A stretch of DNA of 64,000 nt from Candidatus Multivoradales bacterium (GCA_965223325.1 CBDCWI010000002.1:1408001-1472000), one strand, 5' to 3'; counted from the first letter of the stretch, positions 36,104-46,345 are shown. Notes: generated from the letters alone by a model not told the origin. Translations and numbers: made by a program.

Positions 36104-38326
36104 CTATATTGTATTTCGACCCTCACACAACCTTTCGCGCAGCCGCGACCAACGACGGCCCGAATCCCCGCCCTTGATGGCCTTTCCCAGCGCCCGGGCT
36201 TCGCCGACGATGACGACCAGCCGGCTTCCCCGCGTCACGCCGGTGTAGACCAGATTGGCCCTCAGCATCGGCCAGTGCTGCATGGCGAGCGTCATGACGA
36301 TTGCTGGATACTCGGAACCCTGCGCCTTGTGAATGGTGGTCGCATAGGCGAGGACCAACTGATCGAGCTCGCCGAATCGGTAGACCGTCTCAGAACCGGT
36401 GCCGGGTCGCGCAGCGGCCTCCTGGAAGACGACGCCGAGCTCTTCGGTTTCGGGGTCGATCCGTTGGACCACTCCTAGATCACCGTTCCAGACCTCTTTG
36501 TCGTAGTCGTTTTCGATCTGCATGACCTTGTCGCCCACTCGATAGGTCCAACCAAAACGCTCAACTTCAGATTGCTCGCCGCGCTTTGGGTTGAGGGCCG
36601 CTTGCATCACCAGGTTGAGCGCCCTGGCACCGAGCGTTCCGCGCTGCATCGGGCAGAGGACCTGAACGTCACGTTTGGGATCGAGACCGAAACGATCCGG
36701 AATTCGGTTGCGCACCAGCTGCAGGATCTTTCGGTGCGCGTCGTCGGCATCGGTTGCCGGCACAAAGTAGAAGTCGGAGAGCTCGGCGCCTCGGTTGCTG
36801 ACGTTCAGTTCGGGCATATGCCCCTGATTGATGCGATGCGCATTGACCACGATGCGGCTCGCTTCCGCCTGTCTGAAGATCTCGACCAGGCGCGCTACCG
36901 GCAGCGCTCCGGAGTCGATCACGTCGCGCAACACCTGGCCCGGACCGACCGACGGCAACTGGTCGACGTCACCCACCAGGAGGAGCGCACCATCGTCAGG
37001 CACCGCATCGACCAGGGCCGCCATCAAGTTGATGTCAACCATCGAGGTCTCATCGGCGACCAACAGACCGCAGTCGAGCGGAAGATCGGCACAGCGTTTG
37101 AACAGGCCGGTCCTGGGGTCGACCTCGAGCAATCGATGGATCGTCTTCGCCGGTAGACCGGTCGACTCCTGAAGGCGCTTTGCCGCACGGCCGGTCGGCG
37201 CACACAGAGCGACCTCGACACCCTTCGCAACAAGCACTTCGAGAATCGCGCGCACGAGAGTCGTCTTGCCGACACCGGGCCCACCGGTGATCACCAGCGC
37301 CTTCGACAAGAGCGACGCTTCGACGGCCCGCCGCTGACTGGCTGAGAGTTCGACGTCGAGCTTCTTCTCTACCCAACGTGTGGCGGCCTCCGCATCGATG
37401 TCCATCCACGGCGGCGCTCCCTGGCTCAGCTGCAACAACTTGCGCGCCGTTACAACCTCCGCCTCCCACAAACGGCGAGGAAAGATCGATGGGCGATCCT
37501 CGATCACATCTTCAATCAGAACGCCGCCATCGCCGAGTTCGAGGGTCAACGCCTGGCTCAGAATCTCGCCGTCGATCTCGAGGAGCTCGGTAGCGCGCAC
37601 CAGCAACTCGTCCTTGGGCAGAGCACAGTGCCCCTGCCCCACCGACTCCCAGAGTGTGTAGGCCAGCCCGGCGCGTGCACGGATCATCGAGTCGCGCGGC
37701 ACGCCGAGCCTTTCTGCCACCCCATCGGCAGTCACGAAACCGATCCCCCGAATGTCGCGCGCCAGACGGTAGGGATTCTCCTGGATCAGCGGCACCGCAT
37801 CGGCGCCGTAGGTCTTGTAGATGCGCACCGCCCGCGATGTCCCGACACCGTGCGACTGAAGAAACACCATGATCTCGCGCACCGCTCGTTGCTCGGCCCA
37901 GCCCTCGAGGATGTTGCGGATGCGTTTGGGGCCAACCCCGGGAACGGTGTTCAAACGTTCCGGGTGGTGATCGATCACGTCAAAGACCTGATCGCCAAAG
38001 GCGGCCACCAGGCGCCTTGCCATCTCCGGGCCGATGCCGCGAATCAACCCCGAACCCAGGTAGCGCTCCATCCCCTTGGCCGTCGACGGTGGCGCCGTCA
38101 CCAGATGCTTCGTTACGAACTGCACTCCATGCTCGACGGTGTTCTTCCACTCACCCGAAGCTTGAATGAACTCGCCCGCCGTCACGGCACCGGCCCGGCC
38201 AACGACTGTCACCAGCTCCCGTCTGCCGCGCACCTTGACGCGTAGAACAGCGAACCCGTTTTCGGGGTTGTGAAAGGTCACCCGCTCGACGGTGCCGGCA
38301 AGCGCCTCTCGTTCGTTAGAGGACAC
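36104..38326 (-). CDS. recD2: RecD2-type ATP-dependent helicase
   Basis: GTVERVTFHNPENGFAV, HhH motifs, TGGPGVGKTT, APTGRAAKR, DETSM, GDVDQLPSVG, TIHKAQGSE, YTGVTRG. Start set at GTG 38326. Confidence 0.92.
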   Translation of the reverse strand: MSSNEREALAGTVERVTFHNPENGFAVLRVKVRGRRELVTVVGRAGAVTAGEFIQASGEWKNTVEHGVQFVTKHLVTAPPSTAKGMERYLGSGLIRGIGPEMARRLVAAFGDQVFDVIDHHPERLNTVPGVGPKRIRNILEGWAEQRAVREIMVFLQSHGVGTSRAVRIYKTYGADAVPLIQENPYRLARDIRGIGFVTADGVAERLGVPRDSMIRARAGLAYTLWESVGQGHCALPKDELLVRATELLEIDGEILSQALTLELGDGGVLIEDVIEDRPSIFPRRLWEAEVVTARKLLQLSQGAPPWMDIDAEAATRWVEKKLDVELSASQRRAVEASLLSKALVITGGPGVGKTTLVRAILEVLVAKGVEVALCAPTGRAAKRLQESTGLPAKTIHRLLEVDPRTGLFKRCADLPLDCGLLVADETSMVDINLMAALVDAVPDDGALLLVGDVDQLPSVGPGQVLRDVIDSGALPVARLVEIFRQAEASRIVVNAHRINQGHMPELNVSNRGAELSDFYFVPATDADDAHRKILQLVRNRIPDRFGLDPKRDVQVLCPMQRGTLGARALNLVMQAALNPKRGEQSEVERFGWTYRVGDKVMQIENDYDKEVWNGDLGVVQRIDPETEELGVVFQEAAARPGTGSETVYRFGELDQLVLAYATTIHKAQGSEYPAIVMTLAMQHWPMLRANLVYTGVTRGSRLVVIVGEARALGKAIKGGDSGRRWSRLRERLCEGRNTI

Positions 38327-38387
38327 GATCAGGATCTTGTCAGGTTGCCCACGGCGGACGCCGCCCTTGCACATAGGATCGCAAGCC

Positions 38388-40403
38388 ATGGACACGAAAC
38401 CCCTCGACCGACTGCTGCCACGACCGCGAAGCGCTACTGCGGGTGGGAGCACCTGTGATCTTCCGCCAACGCTGACCTGGGCGGCCACTGGAGCTTCAGA
38501 TTCCCGACTCGAGGCGCATCTCGAACGGGCGCTCGCAACCGTCGACCGTCGGCTCGAGCGCGCACCAGTCGAGGGAGATGGGCAGAGCGCTGGTGCAGAC
38601 GTTCTTCTGGTCCAGGAGGGCGGCGGCGCCGCAGGAGTCCCGCAGAAGGGCATACCCCCACAGGGCTACTCGCTCCACGTCCGTGAGCGCGCTCGCAGCG
38701 ACGACGTAAGACCGCGAATCGAGATCCGAGCAGCCGACGCCCGGGGCATCTACTACGGCATCAGGACTCTCGAGCAGTGGTTGACCCTGCACAGGGAATC
38801 GGTCGCTCGCGAGGCCCGGGTTGCCACTCTCGAGGTCCAGGACGCGCCAGACTTTTCCTATCGCGGGCTGATGCTCGACATCAGCCGCAACCGTGTTCCG
38901 ACAATGGAAACACTGCGCGCGCTCGTTGCGTGGTTGGCCTCCCTCAAGTTCAACCAGCTGCAGCTGTACGTCGAACACACCTTCGCGTACGACGGGCACG
39001 AAGTCGTGTGGAAAGACGCCAGCCCCCTCACTGCCGAAGAGATGCGATGGCTCGACCAGTTCTGCTACGACCACTTCATCGAGTTGGTGCCCAACCAGAA
39101 CAGTTTCGGTCACCTGCACCGATGGCTGATCCACGAACCCTATCGCCAGCTCGCCGAATGTCCCGACGGAATCGAGCACCCGTTCTCTCCTGATCGAGAG
39201 CCCTTCAGCCTCTGCCCTACCGACCCGCACGCTCTCGCCCTGCTCGAAGATCTCTACGGCCAGCTGTTGCCGAACTTCCGGTCGACGCTCTTCAACGTTG
39301 GTCTTGATGAAACCTTCGATCTCGGCCGCGGGCGCTCCGCCGACGAATGCCGCGAGAAGGGCCCCGGCCAGGTCTACCTCGAGTGGCTGCGCGCAGTCTG
39401 TGAACTGGTCGCGCGACACGATCGTCGAACGCTGTTCTGGGCCGACATGCTGCTCGAGAAGAACCTGCTCGGCAACGAGTTGTTCGCCGACCAGAAGGCA
39501 CGACAGAAAGCCATCGAGCAGGTCCCACGCGATGCCATCGCCTTGATCTGGGGGTACGAAGCCGGACACGACTTCGCCGGTCAGACCCGAACCGTCGCCG
39601 ACACCGGACTCGAACACTGGGTGTGCCCAGGAACCAGCTCCTGGAACTCTGCCACCGGTCGCACCGCCAACGCGCTGGCGAACATTCACAACGCGGCCAT
39701 CGCAGGCCAAGCAAGCGGTGCCACCGGAATCCTGCTGACCGATTGGGGCGACTTCGGTCACCTCCAGCCGGAAGCCATCTCCTGGCCGGGCCTGCTCGCT
39801 GCCGCCGAATTCGGCTGGTGCCTCGAGGGGGCCCGGGCTCCCGAACCGGACACCTTCCTGGACGCCCTCCTCACCTGGGCGATTCCCTTCGCGGAACCCG
39901 AGCCGCCTGCCAACGCCGCCGATCTGGCACGCGCCATCCTCGAGCTCGGTGCGCTTTCCCGGCGAACCGGGGCGCGCGAATGGAACGGCTCGGCACTCTT
40001 TTATCTCTTCGTCTTTCCAGACACCACACTCGACCATCGTCGCTTCGAGGGTCTCGACACCGCTTCGCTGGCCGGAGCCCGCGCGGCGATCGCTCTGGTT
40101 CGCCAGAAGTTGGGCCAGGGAACCTACGTCGAGCGATCACTCGACTGGGCCGCACGCCTGGCAGACCTCGGCGCACGACTCGGCCTCGCACGCCTGGCCA
40201 ACGCTCGCAAGGACCGCGAGCGCGCGCTCTCGGGAATCTCGGCGGGTGAACGAGGCGCTCTCCGGGAGAGTGCCCGCACCTTGCAGCGGGACCTTCCCGG
40301 TTTGTGGCGCGAACGTTCCCGGCCCGGCGGCCTGGATCTCTCGAGCGCCTGGTTCGATCGCTTCTGTCGCGCTCTCGACAGAGCGGCTGCTCCGGAGACC
40401 TAG
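38388..40403 (+). CDS. GH20 beta-N-acetylhexosaminidase
   Basis: DAPDFSYRGLMLDISR, NQLQLY.EH, PNQNSFGH, catalytic NVGLDET, TDWGD.GH. Confidence 0.85.
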   Translation: MDTKPLDRLLPRPRSATAGGSTCDLPPTLTWAATGASDSRLEAHLERALATVDRRLERAPVEGDGQSAGADVLLVQEGGGAAGVPQKGIPPQGYSLHVRERARSDDVRPRIEIRAADARGIYYGIRTLEQWLTLHRESVAREARVATLEVQDAPDFSYRGLMLDISRNRVPTMETLRALVAWLASLKFNQLQLYVEHTFAYDGHEVVWKDASPLTAEEMRWLDQFCYDHFIELVPNQNSFGHLHRWLIHEPYRQLAECPDGIEHPFSPDREPFSLCPTDPHALALLEDLYGQLLPNFRSTLFNVGLDETFDLGRGRSADECREKGPGQVYLEWLRAVCELVARHDRRTLFWADMLLEKNLLGNELFADQKARQKAIEQVPRDAIALIWGYEAGHDFAGQTRTVADTGLEHWVCPGTSSWNSATGRTANALANIHNAAIAGQASGATGILLTDWGDFGHLQPEAISWPGLLAAAEFGWCLEGARAPEPDTFLDALLTWAIPFAEPEPPANAADLARAILELGALSRRTGAREWNGSALFYLFVFPDTTLDHRRFEGLDTASLAGARAAIALVRQKLGQGTYVERSLDWAARLADLGARLGLARLANARKDRERALSGISAGERGALRESARTLQRDLPGLWRERSRPGGLDLSSAWFDRFCRALDRAAAPET

Positions 40404-40650
40404 AACCCGAGGAGCTCATGCGAGCCCGCGGGCTGCCAATCCGCGGTCGGTACTGGGGCAAACCATCTTCCACTTGTGCGAACGCAGTGTTCAGGGGGGC
40501 CTCTGTGCTAGTGTTTTCCTCTTGCCAGCGCTCAAGGCGCAACCCCTTCCCACCCGAGTTGTCCTAGACACCCGCGGAATCTGATCTTCTCCGCCAACCA
40601 ACCGTCTGACCTCTGCCCAACCTATCCGGCCGACCGCCCCTCCCACCTCC

Positions 40651-41781
40651 ATGGCGAACGTCAACCGACGCATGAAAGAGCGCCTCCTGCGCGAGGTGGT
40701 GCACGACAATGTCCAGACTCGAGAAGGCCGTCGGGGAACACCCCGGCGCATACGTACCCGGCTTCATCCGAGCCACTGGTTGGCTCTCGCACTGGCGATT
40801 CCCACTCTGGCGTTCGTTGGTGCCTGGCTGGCAGGGGGCGAGAGCGGACTCGGGGCCTTTGCGATGACTCTCGTACCCTCACGGCAAGCGCCGGTCGCGA
40901 TACCCGACCGGGTGATCGACAAAGAGGCTCCCGACGCCAGAGAACGTGAGCTGTTTCCCCTCGACGTGCGACGGGTGATGATCGACCCCGGGCATGGCGG
41001 GCACGACCCTGGAACGCGGGCGCCCGGCGGACTCGAAGAGAAAGAAATCGTGCTCGATGTCGCCTTGCGGCTGCGCGAGCTGTTGGAGGAGCGCGGCTAC
41101 GAAACCGTGATGACCCGCGAGACCGACGACTTCCTCGAGCTCGACGAGCGGGTCGCCGCCGCCAACGCGGCGTCCGCCGATGTCTTCGTTTCGATCCACG
41201 TCAACTGGCTCGAAACACGCAACGAACGGGGCATCGAGACCTACTATCTCGGTCCCACCGAAGATCCGGTCCTCGAGGCCCTGGCACGCTCAGAGAACCG
41301 CAACTCGGGCTACTCCCTGGCCGACTTTCGCCACTTACTGCAGGGGGTCTACGAGCAGGTTCGCGAAGACGAGTCGCGCGAGCTCGCCGAAACCGTCCAG
41401 ACCTCGATGGTGCGCTCACTGCGCCAGACCAATCCCGAGATCAGAAACCGTGGCGTCAAGACCGCGCCGTTCGTGGTGCTGATTGGAACCGAGATGCCAG
41501 CGGTGCTCGCCGAGGTGTCTTGCCTCTCGAACGCGAAGGAAGCCGAGCTGCTGGCCAAGCCGCTCTACCGCCAGTACATCGCCGAGGCTCTCGCCAAGGG
41601 TCTCGACGGCTTTGCCGCCGAACGTGGCACACCACCGGTTCCCGAACCCGATCCGGCGGCTTCGTCCATCGAGCTTCCCACCGATCGAACTGTGTCATCG
41701 CTGGTGCCACAAGCGGCACCTTTGCCTGCCCTTCCCGCCTTGGACTCGTCTTCACAGGCAGCGTCTAAGACACCTTCCTGA
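40651..41781 (+). CDS. N-acetylmuramoyl-L-alanine amidase (Amidase_3), membrane-anchored
   Basis: IDPGHGGHDPG, EKE, MTRETD, FVSIHVN, GIETYY, MPAVLAEV. Confidence 0.92.
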   Translation: MANVNRRMKERLLREVVHDNVQTREGRRGTPRRIRTRLHPSHWLALALAIPTLAFVGAWLAGGESGLGAFAMTLVPSRQAPVAIPDRVIDKEAPDARERELFPLDVRRVMIDPGHGGHDPGTRAPGGLEEKEIVLDVALRLRELLEERGYETVMTRETDDFLELDERVAAANAASADVFVSIHVNWLETRNERGIETYYLGPTEDPVLEALARSENRNSGYSLADFRHLLQGVYEQVREDESRELAETVQTSMVRSLRQTNPEIRNRGVKTAPFVVLIGTEMPAVLAEVSCLSNAKEAELLAKPLYRQYIAEALAKGLDGFAAERGTPPVPEPDPAASSIELPTDRTVSSLVPQAAPLPALPALDSSSQAASKTPS

Positions 41782-41851
41782 ACGTCTTCCAAAGCACCTT
41801 CCGAACCGTCTTCCAGAGCATCTTCCAGAGCATCTTCCAGAGCACTTTCAG
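41774..41851. repeat. 12-bp tandem repeat (CTTCCxxxxCxY) x6
   Basis: Units at 41774, 41786, 41798, 41810, 41822 and 41834; the last three are CTTCCAGAGCA(T/C). Confidence 0.85.
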
Positions 41852-41923
41852 AAAAACCACGCCAGGACCTGCCGTCGCCCTCACCGGCCGACGTCACAGC
41901 CCTCAGAAAGGGACACGAGAACA

Positions 41924-42973
41924 ATGACCCAGAAACTTCAAGTCGGAATCGACCTGGGAACCTCCCGCAGCTCGATCTCCGCATCCAACGGCAAGAAGCA
42001 CTACGTCGAGAGCTACGTTGGTTGGCCAGTCGACATGGTGGCGCGCAAGGTCCTCAAGAAGAAAGTCATGGTGGGCACCGAAGCACGCGAAAACCGGCCG
42101 ATGCTCGACCTCCACCGGCCGCTCGAGAGAGGCCTCATCAAAGAGGGCTCCGAGAAGGAAGACGAAGCGGTGCGCGAGCTCCTCAGTCACCTGATCGGTC
42201 TGGTGCACGAGAACGGTAGCGATACCAGGATCAACGCCGTCGTCGGCGTGCCCGCCGAAGCGATGCGGGTCAACAAACAGAACCTGCGGCGCTCGATGCA
42301 GGGGCTGGTCAACGGCCTGATGATTGTCTCCGAACCTTTCGCCGTCGCCTACGGGCTCGAAGCGCTTCTTCATACCCTGGTCATCGACATCGGAGCCGGC
42401 ACGACCGACTTCTGCGTCATGATGGGTCGCCTGCCGGGCGAGGACGATCAGCGCACGTTGACCGTCGCCGGTGACACCGTCGACGAGCAGCTTCTCCAGC
42501 TGGTGCGTGAGAAGCATCCCGATGCCCAGGTCACCATTCATATGGTGCGCGGCTGGAAGGAAGAACACTCTTTCGTCGGCAAGGCCAAGAACCCGATCAA
42601 GGTCGAGGTGCCCATCAACGGCAAACCCACCGAGATCGACATCACCGAAGAAATGCGCATCGCCTGCGAGAGTCTGGTCGATCCGATCAGCGAGACCCTG
42701 CTCGACCTGATCGCCAAGATCGAACCTGAGTTTCAAGAAAAGGTGCGACAGAACATCATCCTCACCGGTGGGACCGGGCTGATTGGTGGCCTGGCGATGG
42801 CCATTCAGGAAAACCTCGAGGACGTCGGTGGCGGGCGCGTTCGAGTGACCAAGGACCCGATCTACGTGGGTTCAGATGGCGGTCTTTCGATCGCCAGCGA
42901 CGCCAAAGCCGCCGACTGGGAGAAGCTCAAATCCGAACCGGATGCTGGGTCCGAAAAGGCGAGCAACAAGTAG
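41924..42973 (+). CDS. MamK-like bacterial actin
   Basis: GIDLGTS, SYVGWPVD, VVGVPA, VSEPFAVAYGL, IDIGAGTTD, DQRTLTVAGD.VD, KEEHSFVG, IACESL, QNIILTGG. Colinear with magnetotactic MamK as I recall it, rather than with MreB. Confidence 0.8.
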   Translation: MTQKLQVGIDLGTSRSSISASNGKKHYVESYVGWPVDMVARKVLKKKVMVGTEARENRPMLDLHRPLERGLIKEGSEKEDEAVRELLSHLIGLVHENGSDTRINAVVGVPAEAMRVNKQNLRRSMQGLVNGLMIVSEPFAVAYGLEALLHTLVIDIGAGTTDFCVMMGRLPGEDDQRTLTVAGDTVDEQLLQLVREKHPDAQVTIHMVRGWKEEHSFVGKAKNPIKVEVPINGKPTEIDITEEMRIACESLVDPISETLLDLIAKIEPEFQEKVRQNIILTGGTGLIGGLAMAIQENLEDVGGGRVRVTKDPIYVGSDGGLSIASDAKAADWEKLKSEPDAGSEKASNK

Positions 42974-43213
42974 CGAACGAGGTCAATCGCAGTAGGGGCA
43001 ACGGGAAGGCCAAAACAGGCGCCAGAACGGCGATCAGGTATTGACCAGTTGGTCGAATAGGCCCTCTAACGGGCCAATGTGCTAACGTTTTCGGTTGTCC
43101 GAACCCCCTCTCAAGATTCCAAGTACACCTGTCGCTCGCGCGCTTCGATTCGGCTTTCGGACCTCGGCCAATCCAAGCGACCGTCGTCAGACCGTTCCGG
43201 GAGAATTCTCCAC

Positions 43214-43459
43214 ATGTCAGTACGTATCTACGTCGGCAACCTTCCATTCGAAACCACGGAAGATGCCGTCCGCGAGCTGTTCGCAGGCTATGGTTCTGTT
43301 TCCTCCGTCCGCCTCATCAACGACCGTGAGACAGGCCGCCCGCGCGGCTTCGGTTTCGTCGAGATGGCAGATGGCGGTCCGGAGGCCATCCAGTCCCTCG
43401 ATGGAAAGGACTTTGGGGGTCGCCCGCTGAGGGTGAACGAGGCGCGCCCGCGCACCTAG
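43214..43459 (+). CDS. RRM RNA-binding protein
   Basis: RNP2 IYVGNL, RNP1 RGFGFVEM, GRPLRVNEARP. Confidence 0.93.
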   Translation: MSVRIYVGNLPFETTEDAVRELFAGYGSVSSVRLINDRETGRPRGFGFVEMADGGPEAIQSLDGKDFGGRPLRVNEARPRT

Positions 43460-43502
43460 GTGGTGTGGAGCGTGACCTCCGGTCGCACTCCCGCTGAACC
43501 CG

Positions 43503-43527
43503 AGCCCGGCCTCTGGCCGGGCTTTTT
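43503..43527 (+). terminator. Intrinsic terminator
   Basis: AGCCCGGCC-TCT-GGCCGGGCT followed by TTTT. Confidence 0.8.
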
Positions 43528-43562
43528 GGTTGTGGCAATGGAAAAAGAAGCGGAGACGATTC

Positions 43563-44582
43563 ATGAAAATCGATAGTGGCCTCGGCACCCAGGGCCTCGA
43601 ACGGGCTGCACAGGCCGCAGAGGACCTCGAAGCGCTCGGATACGACGGGCTGATCTCGATCGAGACCTCGCACAACCCCTTTTTCCCACTCGTTCTGGCG
43701 GCCGGTGCGACCCGCCGCATCGAGCTCATGACCGGCATCGCCGTTGCCTTCGCCCGCTCGCCGATGACGCTGGCAGCCGAGGCTCACGACCTGCAGTCCT
43801 ATTCAGGGGGGCGTCTGGTGCTCGGGCTCGGCTCGCAGATCAAACCGCATATCACCAAGCGCTTCAGCATGCCGTGGTCGAAGCCGGCGGCGCGCATGCG
43901 GGAGTACATTCTCGCCATGCGGGCAATCTGGGATTGCTGGTACGAAGGAAAGCCGCTCGACTTTCGCGGCGACTTCTACACCCACACCCTGATGACACCG
44001 ATGTTCACTCCCACCGACATCGAACACCGGGCCCCGAAGGTCGTCCTCGCCGCCGTCGGCCCCCTGATGACGCGGGTTGCGGGTGAGGTCGCCGACGGTG
44101 TGCTGTGCCATGCCTTTACCACTCGTCGCTACCTCGAAGGGGTGACGATGCCGGCAATCGAAGAGGGTCTCCGAAGAGGCGGCCGCCAGCGCGATGACTT
44201 CCAGGTCGTCTACCCGGGATTCGTCGTCACCGGCGCCACTGAGGAGAGTATGGCCGAGCAGAAGATCGCAGTCTGCAAGCAGATCGCCTTTTACGGCTCG
44301 ACACCCGCGTACCGCCCGGTCCTCGAGATGCATGGCTGGGGAGAACTGCAAGATGAACTGAACGCGCTCTCGAAGCGCGGCCAATGGGACGCGATGGGAG
44401 ACCTGGTCACCGACGACATCCTGGCCGAGTTCGCAGTCGTCGCCGAACCCCGAGACGTGATCACCAAGATGGGTGAGCGCTACGGCGGTTTGATCGATCG
44501 CACCTCGGCGAGCTTCCCGTGGGCCACTGCGCACGAGCAGCAGCAGATGATCGCGCGCCTCAAACAGCTCGGTAGGACCTAG
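43563..44582 (+). CDS. LLM-class (probably F420-dependent, TIGR03617-like) oxidoreductase
   Basis: ETSHNPF, IAVAFARSPM, LGLGSQIKPHITKRFS, AFYGSTPAY. Confidence 0.85.
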   Translation: MKIDSGLGTQGLERAAQAAEDLEALGYDGLISIETSHNPFFPLVLAAGATRRIELMTGIAVAFARSPMTLAAEAHDLQSYSGGRLVLGLGSQIKPHITKRFSMPWSKPAARMREYILAMRAIWDCWYEGKPLDFRGDFYTHTLMTPMFTPTDIEHRAPKVVLAAVGPLMTRVAGEVADGVLCHAFTTRRYLEGVTMPAIEEGLRRGGRQRDDFQVVYPGFVVTGATEESMAEQKIAVCKQIAFYGSTPAYRPVLEMHGWGELQDELNALSKRGQWDAMGDLVTDDILAEFAVVAEPRDVITKMGERYGGLIDRTSASFPWATAHEQQQMIARLKQLGRT

Positions 44583-44656
44583 CGTCCAGGAAACCGGCCA
44601 GAGTCTCAGCGGAGTGGAGCGGTACGATGGCGCCCGCGCACCAAAAAGGAACCCCC

Positions 44657-46339
44657 ATGCCGCGATCTAGATCGGAAGCCATCGCCCAGCTCACCGCGCC
44701 TGGAGCAGACTTCGAGCTCGAAACCGTCGAGCTCTACGGGCGCCCGTGCCGGGCTTTCGTGAACGCTCCGCCAACACTTCGCGACCTCTACGCCGACGCG
44801 CGAAGCGACGAGACCTTCATCGTCTACGAAGACGAGCGCTACAGCTTCGACGAAGCCCATCGAGAAGCCGCACGCATCGCGCGCCTTCTCGTCGACAGTT
44901 ACGGCATCGAGAAAGGCGATCGGGTCGCAATCTCGCTGCGCAACTATCCCGAATGGATCACCAGTTTCATGGCCGTGACCTCGATCGGAGCGATCGCTGT
45001 GGCGATGAACGCTCTCTGGCAGTCCGACGAGATGGAATACGGGCTCAAAGACAGCGGCGCAAAGGTGCTTTTCGCCGACCAGGAGCGCTTGGACCGACTG
45101 GCCGGTTGCAGCGCAGACCTCGAGGTCGAAGTGATTGCCGTTCGGCCGCGGGGCGATCTCCCACCTCCTGGTGCGCGCGAACTGCGCAGCCTGCTGGCCG
45201 GAATCGACGCGTCAGCCGCCATGCCCGACCGAGAGCTCCACCCGAACGAAGACGCCTTGATGCTCTACACCTCAGGTTCGACCGGTCGCCCCAAGGGCGC
45301 GGTGAGCTGCCATCGCAACGTCATCAGCGCGCTCCTTTCCTGGGAGCTCGACACTCAGGCCGCGCTGCTGGTCGCCGACGAAGAGGCACCCGAGCTCGAA
45401 CACCAGATTTCCACTCTCCTGGCGGTGCCGCTGTTCCACGCCACGGGGTCGCACGCCGTGTTTCTCAACTCCTTCAGGTCGGGGCGCAAGATCGTCTCGA
45501 TGTACAAGTGGGACCCCGCATTGGCCGCCGAACTGATCGAGCGCGAACACATCACCTCGTTTATTGCACCGGCCGCCATGACCGGTGACCTCGTCCTGAC
45601 GGCGCGCCAGACCAGGTGCGACCTGAGCTCGCTTCTCCAGGTCGGCGGCGGTGGCGCGCCGCGAGCGCCCGAGCAGGTCAAGAACATCGAGCAGGCGTTC
45701 GACAACGCCCTTCCCGGTACCGGTTGGGGCATGACCGAAACCAATGCCATCGGCACCGGCATCGGTGGCCAGGACTATCTCGACCGCCCCGAGAGCTCCG
45801 GGCGTTGTTCGGCGGTGCTCGACCTGCGCGTCGTCGACGAAGACGGCCAGGAGTTGCCGGCGGGTGAGCGCGGCGAGCTCCAGGTGCGCGGCACCTCGGT
45901 CATTCGTGGCTACTGGAACCGTCCCGACGCCAATGAGGCGGCATTCGCTCCAGGGGGCTGGCTACGCACGGGAGACGTTGCCTATCTCGACTCTCGAGGC
46001 TTCGTGTTCATCGTCGACCGCATCAAAGACCTGGTCATCCGCGGCGGGGAGAACATCGGCTGCGGTGAGGTGGAAGCGGCTCTCCTCGAGCACGACCTGG
46101 TCCTCGAAGCCTCGGTTTACGCGGTTCCCGACGAGCGCCTCGGCGAGGAGGTCGGCGCAACGCTCTACTGTCGCCCGGGCGCCAGCCCCGAGACGTTGCG
46201 CGAGTTCCTGGCCAAGAGCCTCGCCAGTTTCAAGATCCCGCGTCACATCACGATCCGCGACGAACCGTTGCCCCGCACCGCCTCGGGCAAGATCTTCAAG
46301 CGCGGCCTGCGTGCCGAGGCAGCGGAGCGACTCCAGTAG
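44657..46339 (+). CDS. Long-chain acyl-CoA synthetase (ANL family)
   Basis: YTSGSTGRPKG, PLFHATG, GWGMTET, RTGD, DRIKD..IRGGENI, PRTASGK. Confidence 0.92.
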   Translation: MPRSRSEAIAQLTAPGADFELETVELYGRPCRAFVNAPPTLRDLYADARSDETFIVYEDERYSFDEAHREAARIARLLVDSYGIEKGDRVAISLRNYPEWITSFMAVTSIGAIAVAMNALWQSDEMEYGLKDSGAKVLFADQERLDRLAGCSADLEVEVIAVRPRGDLPPPGARELRSLLAGIDASAAMPDRELHPNEDALMLYTSGSTGRPKGAVSCHRNVISALLSWELDTQAALLVADEEAPELEHQISTLLAVPLFHATGSHAVFLNSFRSGRKIVSMYKWDPALAAELIEREHITSFIAPAAMTGDLVLTARQTRCDLSSLLQVGGGGAPRAPEQVKNIEQAFDNALPGTGWGMTETNAIGTGIGGQDYLDRPESSGRCSAVLDLRVVDEDGQELPAGERGELQVRGTSVIRGYWNRPDANEAAFAPGGWLRTGDVAYLDSRGFVFIVDRIKDLVIRGGENIGCGEVEAALLEHDLVLEASVYAVPDERLGEEVGATLYCRPGASPETLREFLAKSLASFKIPRHITIRDEPLPRTASGKIFKRGLRAEAAERLQ

Positions 46340-46345
46340 CACGAG

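Noticed and set aside
38292-38653. Overlapping N-termini of RecD2 and GH20 in the ORF track
   Set aside because: Family similarity begins at about 38326 (-) and 38388 (+); the genes are divergent with a ~60-bp gap.
41483-41923. 147-aa N-terminal extension of the actin ORF
   Set aside because: Overlaps the amidase out of frame and is low-complexity; the actin fold begins at ATG 41924.
38388-43459. Magnetosome gene cluster
   Set aside because: Only the MamK-like gene is present; no recognisable mamA/B/E/M/O/P/Q or feoB.
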